Positions 43,308 through 56,312 of a stretch of DNA of 64,000 nt are shown here, one piece after another (positions within the stretch are counted from its first letter, which is position 1; every line of letters starts with the position of its first letter). The DNA lies in contig OX597830.1 in NCBI GenBank assembly GCA_951406725.2, positions 7,192,001 to 7,256,000 of the forward strand, written 5' to 3'. The translations under genes were made by a program, and so were the position numbers. The notes beneath the pieces were generated by a model. It was not told the DNA's origin, searched no databases, and saw nothing but the letters and a program-made list of their open reading frames with translations. Origin of the DNA: Octopus vulgaris (Eukaryota).

Positions 43308-43518
43308 TTGGTGAGGTGGCAGAACCGGTAGCATGCCTAGCACAATGCTAATCAGCATTTCGTCCGTCTTTACATTCTGGGTTCAAATTACGCTGAGGTC
43401 GACTTTGCTTTTCATCTTTACGGGTTCGATAAAATAAGTACCAGTTGAGTACTGGGGTCGATGTAATCTATTTACCCCGCCTCCAAAACTGGTGGCCCTA
43501 TGCCAAAATTAGAAACCA
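43308..43518 (+). mobile_element. SINE family B
   Basis: ggtgaggtggcagaacc...gaggtcgactttgcttttcatc...gtaccagttgagtactggggtcgatgtaatc. Confidence 0.8.
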
Positions 43519-43539
43519 GCGTTATCACGTGAAACAATA

Positions 43540-44215
43540 CCAATACCATCGCCATTTCCACCACCAAAACTTCTACCATCAATATTATCACGACAACCAC
43601 CACCGATATCATCAACGCCACTGCTACCATTATGAATATCAGCAGGTTCACTACAAATCGCCATCATGACAACAATCGCCACAACGGCGAATACCCACCG
43701 CCGCCGCCACCGTCACCGCAACTACCGTGACCATTAATCTTTAATTGGTAATCCGTGACAGATCTGATATGAAGTCATCAACCATAAAAGGTCAGTGTTT
43801 CCTTTTAAAGGCTGGGCCACCACCAACACCACCACCTCTACTACCATCACCACTACCACCACAACTACTAATATCGCTGCCACCTCCACAGCCACCGTTA
43901 ATGCCACTAACATCGACACCACCACCACCTCAATGGCCGCCATCACCGCCTCCACCATCACCCCGGTACAACCATCGCTAATACCACCTTCACCACCGCC
44001 ACCACCACCGCCACCATCACCACCGTCGCCACCAAAACTGCCGCCTCCGCCACCCTCACCGCCGCCCACAACACCACCACCATCCTCACCACTGCCATCC
44101 TCACCGCCGCCATCATTACTGCCGCCAACCTCACCACCACCCTCATCACCACCACGCTCACCGCCGCCACCCTTACCGCCACCTCCCTCACCGCCGCCAC
44201 CCGCACCCTGCATGT
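43540..44215. repeat. (CCA/CCG)n-derived low-complexity GC-rich tract
   Basis: Degenerate trinucleotide repeat that produces spurious Pro-rich and Gly-rich ORFs. Confidence 0.8.
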
Positions 44216-44590
44216 AAGACGCCGCCAGCAAAAAGTGACACTCAGTTAAAACTGCTGTTTTCCGTCTGCTGCGAGGGCTCCCGGGTCACATAAAATATGG
44301 TCGGGAGCCAGTCATAAACCACAGCGCTTTATTGTTGGCCTGACAGCCATTTTGATTTGTCGCTGAAACATAAAGGCAAACATCACAAATAACAAAAACC
44401 TTAAGTAAATATAAAACAAAATATGATTTAGGGTCCTCCTCTCCCACCACACAAGGTAAGCTCTTGTTTTTGTTGTTGCCGTTGGTGCGGTCGTTGTTTA
44501 ACCCTGAGTTGGTCCTGATCCAGCTGACTAAACCGGATCATCAAAAAGTTGAAAACGTGCTCCCAGTTTTTCTTTATATCCTTCTTTCCC

Positions 44591-44630
<40 letters not shown>

Positions 44631-44789
44631 TTTTCTTTCTTCTTTTCTTTCTTCTTTTTCTCCTTCCTTTCTAATTTTCTTTCCTTCTTTCTTCCTTCTC
44701 TCTTTCCTTTCTTTCTTTCCTTCTTTCTTTCTTACTTTAATTTAAGGTGGGACGACATTATCTTAATTTTTCCCTTTATCTTCTTTCTG

Positions 44790-44950
44790 CCATTGGATTG
44801 TGGCCATGATGGGGCACCAGTTGAATGTCTGCAGTCGAACAAATGAACCCCAGTTCTTATTTTTAAGGACCTATTCTATTCTATCGTTCTCTTATTGACG
44901 AACCGCTGTCTTACATGGCTGTAAAAACACCGACATAGATATCAAGCAAT
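44790..44950 (-). mobile_element. Degenerate SINE family A 3' half
   Basis: gtggccatgatggggcacc...gtcgaacaaatgaaccccag...ctatcgttctcttattgacgaaccgct. Confidence 0.6.
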
Positions 44951-45032
44951 GGGCTGGGGTGGGGTTGAAACATAGAAACAAGACCGGCAAATACACAACA
45001 CATATAAGTGAAGTATATGTGGTCGATAATAT

Positions 45033-45079
<47 letters not shown>

Positions 45080-45119
45080 CACACACACAAATATATAAAC
45101 GTATATATATACATGTATG

Positions 45120-45154
<35 letters not shown>

Positions 45155-45177
45155 GTATGTATATATATATGTATGTA

Positions 45178-45256
<79 letters not shown>

Positions 45257-45379
45257 TTTTTTTTTCAGCAAAACAATTAAGATTCAAATGAATTCAAATG
45301 AATTCAAATGAATATGGTACTTAACTTAGATGCACCAGAATTCTTTATGGTAACAGAAAAAAGTAACAAGAATGGATCA

Positions 45380-45474
45380 GTAATTTAGTACAATTGTTTC
45401 ATACTAAAAACATTTTATTTAAAGCTTCAAATATTACACCAAATATAATGTCGAGTATTCATCAGCTAAATCAC
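45380..45474 (-). ncRNA. Apparently intact type I hammerhead ribozyme
   Basis: Minus strand: GTGATTTAG CTGATGA ATACT..AGTAT GAAA CAATTG TA CTAAATTAC. 9-bp stem I (one G-U), both core boxes intact, stem II extends via GACATT/AATGTT, palindromic stem III ACAATTGT, GUA cleavage triplet. Confidence 0.8.
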
Positions 45475-46545
45475 ATATATGTTTTCCAAACATCCTAGAG
45501 CGTGTAAATATCCTTATGAAGTATTCAGAGTGAGTTCTATGAATTTGAAGTAAGGTAATAAGCAGACTTTATATGTTTTCCAACGATGCACAGTTTTTAA
45601 AAAATTTTTTCAAATGATTATTAACTTCTCAGAGAAGGTAAATCCAACAATAAAGGTGTTGATATAAATTCCAGGAAAGATGAGGAAAGGTGTTGTTAAC
45701 ACATTGGTTCAGTTCACATCTAACTGTTGCAGACAGAATTTAGTAGTAGTAAGAAATATAGCGAGGTAGGTTTAGCCAAATAAAGGACATTATGGGAGGA
45801 AAGGAGTGGGGGAGTAAGAGGGAATAAGGGTGCCACAGACAAAGATTAGTCTGTTTCTGTGGTGACAGAAAATCTAGGTCAATGTTGAAGGAATCTTGAA
45901 TTTATAAAAGAACGGTAAGTTTGACCACCACCGGCTCTGAACTTAGAGCCTCACAGAGTTAATGGTGGGGTAAAGAACACAGAGAGATCAAAGGAAAGCA
46001 TTAAAGGGGTCATAGGTTATCAGTAGAGGAAGATACAGTAAGAAAGTTAAGGATAAGACTAGAAAAGAGGGCTATTTATTTATTATTGTTTCTATTCTAA
46101 CTTTTGTTTATATATTGTAAGAAAGAATTTAGGTCGACATCTAGAGGTCAAATAAATTCAATAGCAATTAGTAGGGAATTTTACTTATTCAAAAATATAG
46201 TCGAAATTGTATCCTTAAGAGAATAGTATTACATATTAAATTTAGAATAGAATTAAGAAAGTTTAGCAATTTATATGATTTAAGTAAGGTTAATTAAATT
46301 GACTACAAAGTCAATTAAAAGTTAGCATAGTACAAATACTATTTATTTTTTATATTAAAAAGGTACAGTTAGAAAGAACACCAGTGGGAGAACCTATAAA
46401 TTTCTATTTATTTCTATTTAAAATATTTTAGAGTTTTGATTTTTGAGTGAATACAAGAGTGTGAGAGACCTAATTCTATACGGTTATTTAGTAGATTTTT
46501 ATCTCTTCTATGCTTTAGAATCTCATATGTCTCCATGGAAGAGAG

Positions 46546-47520
46546 TTGACAACTCACTTTGGTAAGACTAATCTGGATAAATCTAAAAAATATAAAAATA
46601 GAAATAATATGATTAATAATTCTCGTAAGATCAGTAATATTTCAACTAACCCTAACTCTAATTTAAGAAAATATAATAAAGCAAATATAATATGGTTGAA
46701 TGTTCCTTTCAACTGCGCGATCTTATCGGATATATATGGCAGATTCTATTCAATACTAGAAAAACATTTTCCAGCCTCTCATAGATATCATAGAATAATT
46801 TCTAAGAGAACGGTTAGGATTTCTTACTCAACCCTCCTAAATATATCCACTATAATAGCTAGAATTATTAATAAAAACATTAAGTCAGCCAGGAGTAATA
46901 AGACTAATATCAACATGAATACCAATAACAATTATAATAATAGTATCATAAATAAAAATAAAAATAATAACACTAATAATAATTATCAAAATAAGAGCAG
47001 CACCAACAGCAATGATATAACTAATATTAACAGGAGTAATAATAATGATAATAATACGGGCAATACAAATAGAAATAATATCAGTAATGAAGATAATAAT
47101 TATATCTATAACGGTAATTAGCATTTAGATAGAAATATAAGCAATAATAACAACAATACCAATAACGTGGGTAATTGCGATATCGCTATGGTAGATCTAA
47201 ATGATAGTGTAAACGGACCGAAAAATAGTAGCCCAACTTCAGATAATAGTATTACCTATAATAACGAAAATAATACTCATAATAATTTGAATAGCAGCAA
47301 TATGAGAGATCTATCCTTAAACAATTCTGAATCTGAAAATTATCCCCATAGTTGCAATTTTAGGATTAAGTCAAAATGTCCGGCATCTGGTCGGTGTGGT
47401 GTCCATAATGTAATCTATAAATGTACTATAACAACTTCGAATAGTAAATTTTTTTTATTTAGGCTGTACGATAAATTTTAAGCAAATAATTAGCAATCAT
47501 CTCTCCTCTTTTAAGTTAGA
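46546..47520 (+). pseudogene. Penelope-like element C-terminal region (linker plus GIY-YIG endonuclease)
   Basis: NIIWLNVPF..EKHFPASHRYHRII..TVRISYS..N, an Asn-rich stretch, CNFRIKSKCPASGRC..VIYKC, then YLGCTINFKQIISNH after a frameshift. One in-frame TAG at 47119-47121. Confidence 0.75.
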
Positions 47521-48899
47521 TCATAAAGCTATCGGCTATGGACCCGCAAATCGGCACTTGAAGAGGAAGATCCACGCCATCCAACCGCCACGTGTGGTGC
47601 TAGAAGAAGGGACCGAGCGATTGCATTGCTCGATATTTTGGTTTGGTTTGGTTCAGACAAGTAACCGGACAAGAATTGGGGCGGGGTGACGACCAGTTTC
47701 ACGCAGAAATAGGTCGAGAGGAAATTTATCCTGTAACTTCAGGCGGAGGAGGCCAATGTCTACATTGCATGCACGACTGCCTGTCCGTCGTGGCAGGCTC
47801 CAATTCTAACTTAGAATGGTGAGCATGTGATACTGCTGCCTGCGAAGGAGACACGTCCTTGCTAGCTGGAGAAGTGGGTGTGCTGTGACTGATGATGCTT
47901 CAGCATGCAGTATGGCTGCGACATCTCTTGCAATTCTTTGATTCTAACCTATCGTGATTGTCGATTGTCTAATACGTTTAAGCACAGCTCCTCTTTTGAC
48001 CGAGTTGTATTCTCGGGTCAAGTAAAGACCGAGAAAAGGCGCTCGTTAAGCGTTCCCTGTCCTCTACCAGTCGGTTAATGCGATCGATGAACTTTTCATG
48101 TTGGCGACAAAAAAACGAAGAAACTTAGTGCGACTATGATGATTAACTGGCTGCTCTGTTCCAGAAGACTTTCAGGCCGGGCCCTGTAGAAGATTTCCAG
48201 AAATCTCTCTGGGGCAGTCAGCTTGGCAGTGTTGCCTGCCTGAGAGCAGTTCTGTATCTGCTCGAGAAAAATCTCTGCAGACATGGAAACACTCTGAGCC
48301 AGACCGGTTCGGGATGCGTATGGCTCGGCGAAATCGTTTTGCACGCACCCTTCCAGTGTCCAAGTATTGCAAACCTGTTGAGTTACATCGAAAACCTGCT
48401 GTCATATCTGTAGAACAAATATGGTTATCATCTGAGTTTATTGTAAAGATCATTCGACTGCCATCTCCTTTGACCGGTAAGGACATGCGGTCTTTATCCT
48501 TCCGATGACTTTAGCAAAAGGGGTTGAGTGAAGAACGGGATAGAAAGGGATGAAGACCCCCCATAAATGTTTTTTACATTTTGTGTTTATCGTTTTGTTT
48601 TCTCAGTTTTAGTCACCTTTTCACTGGATGGTTGGCTAGCTAACTGGTTTACGGGTAGATCGATATATATGTGTGTGTGTGTGAGTGTGTGTGCGTGCGT
48701 GCGTGTATGCGTATACAATATATACATACATACACACACCCGATACCGACACACTCCACAGACGCACAATCTCAGAAATATATGTCTATGTATGTATGTA
48801 TGTATGTATGTATGTATGTGTATGTGTGTGTGTATGTATGTATGTATGTATGTATAATTAGCCAATCTTTGTCCAAATTCCGAAACTACACAAACTGAT

Positions 48900-49330
48900 C
48901 ACTAGGGAAGCTGTTACTTAAATCAAATGACAGCCGAACTATATAAAACGGTTATTAACACGGGCAAAATTCTATCACACGATTTATAGGAAATACGTTT
49001 AATGACAGTCGATGTAACGAGTCAATATATTCATATGAGTAGTGAACTAAAAATAATATCCGATACCAACATGTAGCCTTATAAAGAAAAAATTTTATAT
49101 ATAATAGCAAAAACAGAAATTGTATAGATATTATTAATCGAAAGACTGGAAATAAGTTGACAGAGAGGATGCGGATACATCGACAACACATACAACTACC
49201 GCAATATAGAAACGGCAGATATCTGGATAATATTTCCCATTTATTTTTTGACGAACTGCGAGCGTAACATCGGAAGCAGAATTAAAGAGAAGCATTTTAT
49301 GAAAACTTAAAACCAAAAATAAGTTAACGT
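48900..49330 (+). pseudogene. PLE (Neptune-like) linker/GIY-YIG relic
   Basis: Fragments QPNYIKRLLTRAKF, KTGNKLTERMRIHRQHI and RIKEKHF..KPKI. Confidence 0.55.
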
Positions 49331-50157
49331 TATCCTTAAAAACAGTTAACTTTAATTCAATAGTTTCCAATTTGTTTAATTATTCTAATATCTTATGGCA
49401 TGTACATATAAGCATATAAGCACATACTCATTTACGCACATCATACTAATAGCTCCTTAGGAAGTCATAAGGTCTTAGATGCTACATAGGCAATTCCTCA
49501 GTTTCACGGTTGGTGTCTCATTACTGATGCCATGACGACGCAATGTACCTAAATATTGTTATTTTGCAACTTGAAAGAACCAGTACATTGTGAAAACATA
49601 ATGAAAATCCATTGTCTGGAAGGTCTAACTGTACACATGCACACACACACACACACACACACGCACACACACACTCACACACACATACACACACACTGAT
49701 GAGGAGGAGGAGGAGGAGGAGGAGGAGGAGGAGGAGTAGCACTTAAAGACAGAAAAGGGATCCTGCATTAGAAGACAAACATGGTTAACTCAACTCAGAT
49801 GAAGAGAACGAGAGAAGAGTGAGTTTATTGATATATTATACAGTTATGCATATATATATATATATGATGAACTCTGGTGTCAGTTTCTACGTGAGAATCC
49901 GACGACCTATTCTTTCTTTGTCAGTCATTCCAGTGCCCACGCTCAAGCTGGCTGTACATGAAGACTTTGGGTATTCTTTCGCCACTCATTCTGAGGACAT
50001 GGCCAGCTCAGTGTAATTGTAATTGCATAAGGAAGCTCTCCATTCTACCAATGCGTTTTTTAGTATTTAATGGATTTTTCATTTATTCTGTAACTGAACG
50101 CCACGCAACCTGACTTTTGTTAACAGTAAATTTGTATATATCCATATATGTATCGAC

Positions 50158-50188
50158 AGATAGATAGATAGTTAGATAGATAGATAGT

Positions 50189-50278
<90 letters not shown>
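50158..50278. repeat. (GATA)n array
   Basis: Directly visible. Confidence 0.95.
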
Positions 50279-50661
50279 TACATACATACATGCATATAAG
50301 CAAATATACCTAATACTTATACACACACATATAAATACTAAGTAACGTGAATAGAGTTCGTATATACACGTGTGTGAGGGTGTGTCTGTTTATAGATAGA
50401 TAAAATTATTCATATATATATATGTGTGTGTGTATGCATAATGTATATGTATATATATATACACACATATATATATTTGCTCACTTGTATGCATGAATAT
50501 TTTTCGTACATATGTAATTATTCCCCAACTCATACATGCATACAAATTCACAAATCCTGACACACATATATCAGTATGTTTGCATGTGTGCTTGTGCTCA
50601 TCTGCGCATGTGCTTGAGTGCCTTCGTCTGTGTACACCTCACCACTTGTGCTTGCATGTGT

Positions 50662-50708
<47 letters not shown>

Positions 50709-51009
50709 TCAGCAACTAATGAAAGTCAAATAAAATATTGGATTTAATTTCTCGTATTTTGGCAAAGATGAAAAATAATGAAACAGCATCGACATCAAAA
50801 ATTACAACAACAACATAATCAATCAAAAACAATTAAGAAAAATAAAGACCCAGGTCGACGACCATAAAGAAAATTAACAAAAACAAACAACAATAACAAC
50901 AGCAACAACAACAGCAAAAATAATAATCACAATTAACAACGACAACGGTAAGAAGAAGAATAACGAGAACCATAATAATATTGATAACAACTACAACAGC
51001 AACAATCAC

Positions 51010-51051
51010 ATCAGTTACAATAAGAGTAACAGCAATCACTGCAACAACAGC

Positions 51052-51120
<69 letters not shown>

Positions 51121-51165
51121 TTCATTTACAATAAGAGTAACAGCAATCACTGCAACAACAGCAGC

Positions 51166-51250
<85 letters not shown>
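51010..51250. repeat. (TAA)n tract with a duplicated ~37-bp spacer
   Basis: ttacaataagagtaacagcaatcactgcaacaacagc at ~51015 and ~51126. Confidence 0.9.
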
Positions 51251-53139
51251 TTAGCAGCAAAAAAAAAAATGAAATTGGTGAAAGCGGATGAATAATAAAC
51301 GTGTTTTTAAATTAATTACTTATACAGGAAATTGAAAATTTAGAATCTGATTAAAAATTAGGTTAGTGTCTGTCTTTTGGTGTGTGGCTCTTGAAGAATC
51401 CTCCAAGAATCCGCTGGGTTTTTTGTTGTTTCCTCTTTCTTATATATATTTATTTTTTTATCTGACTAGCCATTGGCCTTATTAAATATCGGTTACTACT
51501 AAACATCTGGTCACACACACCCGCACACATAAATGCGCATATTTGTATACTTATGAGTATGTGACTTATTTTTTGTTTTAAATATGTACAAAATAGTAAA
51601 ACAAAAATAAAACATCGAAATATGAATTTACTATGTCCATATATTTTGAAATATATGTATTCTGATGTGCATGGACATATACGCATGTATGTATGTATGT
51701 ATGTATGTATGTATGTATGTATGTATGTATGTATGTATGTATGTATGTGTGTATGTATGCATGCATGTATGTATGTATGTATGTATGTATGTATGTATGT
51801 ATGTATGCATTTATGCATGTATGTATATATGTATGTATGTATGTACGTATGTATGTGTGTGTGAATGAATGTGTGCATGTATGCACGTATATATGTATAT
51901 CTATGTGTATGAGTATTTATCTAATTTTATATATATGTATGTATGAGTGTATGTGTATATATATATACATACATGTACACAAACACACACACACACATAT
52001 AAGGGAATAATAAATAATAAATAAAAACAGGAAAAGCAGCAAAAGTCAATTGGACGTACACAGTGAATATGTTACAGTTTCTGACAGAAAAATAGGAGTG
52101 ATGTTTCGAACATGGCTCTTCGTCGGAAAGAAGAAAAAGTCCAGAGAGAAAGAAAAGAAGGAAGAAGGAGGAAGTCCGAGAAAGGTATTTATGTTGTTAC
52201 ACAGCCAAAATTTACAGACAAGTTGTTTCAGCTAAGCGAGATATGTAATCACTGAGAATGCTCAATAAGTTATTGGTGCTATGATTTCATGAAAATTAAA
52301 CGAACAGGAAGAATGGCTCTCAAATGCCTGTACATACATGAAAGGCGGGATGCTTAGCAAGCCTTGAGTTACGTCACCATGTGTGCCACTAAAAGGTTCG
52401 GTGACCAACATTTTTGCAAAGCTTGAAACTATGGTTGATAGAAGTTGATGAAATTTAGTGCTGTCTTTCTCAACCATTTTTTGTCTGTGGACAGCTTTTA
52501 TTTCTTGCTTTACGCTACTGGGCGTCCAATGCCATTCACTGTTTTAAACACTCTTCGGATATTTTTATAATGAAATCCTATAAGGAATTGTATGAAGAAT
52601 TGTTAAACTATTTTGTCTAATGTCCCACCTACCATATTCACCGGACATTGCGGACTCAGCTAGAGGCAACCGAAGGTCCAGGAGGAGGCATCACACCTGG
52701 AGGCATATTAGATCTAATACTGAGAAACAGGATTAGTTGCATAACCATCCGAGCAATCACAGATCCAGACAACAAATTTCCTCACAGAAAGTGGTTTAAT
52801 TTGAAGTTGTGGAGGAATTCATACACCCATGACCACTGCGCCATGCAGCAGAATCGAACCTGATAGTATTTGATGGGAAGCGAAATTCGTAATCTCATGA
52901 GCATACCTGAGATTTGCATTTTGAGGATATCATTCATACAACTGGACGAAGCGGTGGCAATATGAACCCACCGTAAGCTCTTAGAGTTAAAGGTCCTTGC
53001 GGTCAACGTCTTGCCTGAAACACACAATGAGTGGACGTTGTGTTAGTCTCTGCTTTTATGTATGACAAATTAGTTTTCAATGTTCATTCATAAACATTTT
53101 AATTATAACACATACGCAGTTACACACACGCAGTTACTA

Positions 53140-53430
53140 TTCTGCTCACGATCAAATGGTCGTGAGTTCAATTCCCGGCAGTGCATTGTGTCCTTGAGCA
53201 AGACACTTTACTCCACGTTGCTCCAGCCCACTCAGCGGGCAAAAATGAGTTGTACCTGTATTTTAAAGGGCCAGCCTTGTCCTATTCTGCGTCACGTTGA
53301 ATTTCACTGAAAACTTCATTAAGGGTTCATTTGTCTGTGGAGCACTCAGTCAGTTGCAGGTTATTTTCATGATTAGGCTGTTTGTTCCGCTGATCGGATC
53401 AACTGAAACGCTCGTGGTCAAACCGACAGA
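53140..53430 (+). mobile_element. tRNA-derived SINE family C, 5'-eroded
   Basis: B-box GAGTTCAATTCCC, then tgtgtccttgagcaagacactt; the tail is shared with 17872-18200. Confidence 0.7.
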
Positions 53431-53470
53431 GAGTCAGTTGGTCTGTGTGAGCATGTGTATGTGTGTATGT

Positions 53471-53505
<35 letters not shown>

Positions 53506-53710
53506 CGTGCGTACGCGTGAGTGTTTGTATGTGTGCTCGTAATATCTACCCTTCAAGCGTTTGAATAATGACATCACTTCCTTTCCCATGCTTTTCATGA
53601 GTGAATGACGGATACAACGAACTACTGGAATGTTGAATCAGACATAAATCTCCGGCTCTGCAGGTGATAAAATATCGGCGTACAGCACAGCGCATGTTCT
53701 ACACACACAT

Positions 53711-53759
<49 letters not shown>

Positions 53760-55564
53760 CTCTCTCTCTCTCTCACACATACACACAAACCCGTTAGCAT
53801 AAATACACGCTAGCACGCTTATGCCAACATGGCCACTTTCACAAATATATTATTTCGTCGATACGATCGAGAAAAACGATTCCATTTGCGAACATCTCCA
53901 TGTGGTTCTTCTCTTCATTCATTGGTTCATTTTTCTTGCAGACACTTCGGTAAGTGAGTGAAACATTGAAAATAATTCTGCCATCTTCGACTCTTTCCAA
54001 TTGATCAACGAAACAAATGAGACAAAACGAAAAGTGAAAGATACACTTCGAAAATATATTAGAAAATCCGAAAGGGTGGACGCCATTTTGAAGATGTTTT
54101 CTTTTGTATTTTTCGCATTTCGTTATAGTTGTTGTTGTCGTCGTTGTTTTATTGTTGTTGTTGTTGATGGCGGTGGTGGTGGGGTTTATGGTTTTTAAGT
54201 TCGTTATTCTATTTGTTTTGTTATTCTTTTATTCTTTTTTTTTATTTAATTATTATTTGTGTTGTTTTCTTGAATTTTTATTTCCGCACCATTTAATAAA
54301 GTTATGTTCTGTGAGACGTATGTCTTATTATTCTTATCTCGGCGATATATATTTGTGGCAGCAATTTGATAGTGTGTGAACGGAGCGAGAGGATGACATG
54401 ACATCTCCAGTTAATGTTAGGTTAACAGAGATATTTATGGGATTAAGAAATGTTCGCTTTTTCACAGCCATCAATGAATTGCAAATGGCGGAATATGTGC
54501 TCAGCCATAGACACAAATACCCAAAGAAATCAAGTGTATATAACATTATCAAGGATTAGCAAATATCATTATATGCATGTGTATGTGTGTGTGTGTGTGT
54601 GGAATATAAGATATACATGTGAGTATATACAAATGTCTATATGCGTGTATACATGTATATAGTATACATGTATGAATATATATACATACATACATGTAAT
54701 TTATAATACACGATGGTATGAACAGGCATCAATCCAATACACAACAGTTGTTTCCGTGCATTAGCATCAGCCGACAATTGCCGACCTTCCATATTATACA
54801 TATTATTTTATAAATATCATATATACGTTATATAAAATTATTACTCAAATGAAATAACATACACATTTACATACACTCATGTAGTATTGGAGAAAAGTTA
54901 TATATAAATATATATATATATAATATATAGATGTTCACAGATCTATTAAGAAGAAAATTTAACATAAGAAATTAACTATTTATTTAATTAACTAGTTGTT
55001 AATTTGATTTAAGCAAGTGTAAAAACCTATTTGAAACAGCGGGATCACTCTGTAATCGAAGAGTGTTTCATCAGCGTTTCATCATATCTTAATCTATCTG
55101 TATTTTCTAATGTCTTTTGTAAAAGTTGAATACTTATGTTTGCCGCCAGGAAAGCAGAGAAGTAGTTTTAATGGCGCTTGTTGAAGCAGGAACACAGCTA
55201 TCACTTTACTCCGAGAAAGAAATTAGAGATTAACTTGTTCTTAAGGACATTCCTATAAAAATTCTAAATTGCGGGGACGAAAACAAACCAAGAGAAACCT
55301 TTGTCAAGATGTCACTTATTTCTTATTGAAACTGAATGGTTTTTCTCTCGTCTTGTATGTCAAACAACAAAAAGATTGCAGTAGCATTAAAACAGGCGAA
55401 TGCGAAAAAGTTTTGGAAACTTTGCTGCTTGCTTACGCAATTCAATAATTATAAATTCATTAAAGGCAGGTATGGATTTTTTTATCAGCCTGTACTTTAA
55501 GAAACTTACAAAAATAGGAGATAACTGTTGTTATTGCTTCTGTAGAGTGTAAATTAGAAATTGA

Positions 55565-55607
55565 CTTGGACTAGTTTTGATCCTAATTAGGATACTCATC
55601 AGAATTC
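55565..55607 (-). ncRNA. Hammerhead relic (GAAA>AAAA)
   Basis: Minus strand: CTGATGA G(T)ATCCT AATT AGGATC AAAA CTAG TC. Stem II hairpin, palindromic ACTAGT and GUC site are present, stem I is poor, and the motif is adjacent to (TA)n. Confidence 0.5.
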
Positions 55608-55618
55608 ACCCGGTCTGT

Positions 55619-55686
<68 letters not shown>

Positions 55687-55918
55687 GAGTATAACCAGCC
55701 GAAACTGGAACTCGACTGACGAAAGAAAACTCCGAATGACCCGTCCTTGTTTTTTCTTGTCCCTTTTGTATCATCTAACTGTCTGGATGTCGTGTTGTCG
55801 CCTGTTGCGTAAATTGCGAGGATGGTCCGGTTCTTGACTGAAGATTGAAGGCTTCGAATGTCTCGTCCGTGTTTTTTGTATCGTCTTCTAAATGTTTTGC
55901 GTTCTTATCCCAATTTAA

Positions 55919-55972
<54 letters not shown>

Positions 55973-56084
55973 CGTGTTTGTGTTTGTGTGTGTGCCTGCA
56001 CGCGTCTCTGTATGTACGTTTGTTTGTACATATATGTATATAATATAATTTAGCTTAATATATAGTAATATGCATACGTATATA

Positions 56085-56311
56085 GAAATAACAATATTAA
56101 GCAGAAAACAGCTCTATTAGTCAATGCTTTATAGGACATACACGTGTTTCACGGAAAGACCAAGATAATTACATAACACTGGTGGTAACATTGCGCAACC
56201 ACGTTTCATATCTCATTAGTGTCCTACAATAAATACATTTTGCCGAAACGCGTATATTTCCTACAACGCATTGAGTATCACAAGCCTTTTCTGCTTGTTA
56301 TTGTTGTTTCT
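56085..56311. mobile_element. Short inverted-repeat element carrying a hammerhead
   Basis: The reverse complement of 56085-56150 (gaaacacgtgtatgtcctataaagcattga..ttttctgct..attgttattt) matches 56245-56310. Confidence 0.7.
56129..56229 (-). ncRNA. Hammerhead motif with a single core change (G5>A)
   Basis: Minus strand: TTGTAGGACA CTAATGA ..long insert.. GAAA CACGTG TA TGTCCTATAA. 10-bp stem I, palindromic ACACGTGT, GUA site; stem II is not clearly resolved. Confidence 0.6.
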
Positions 56312-56312
56312 C

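Noticed and set aside
43734-44231. Extensin- or formin-like Pro-rich ORF and Gly-rich antisense ORF
   Set aside because: Degenerate CCA/CCG repeat that is open in several frames, with no flanking domain or convincing splice context.
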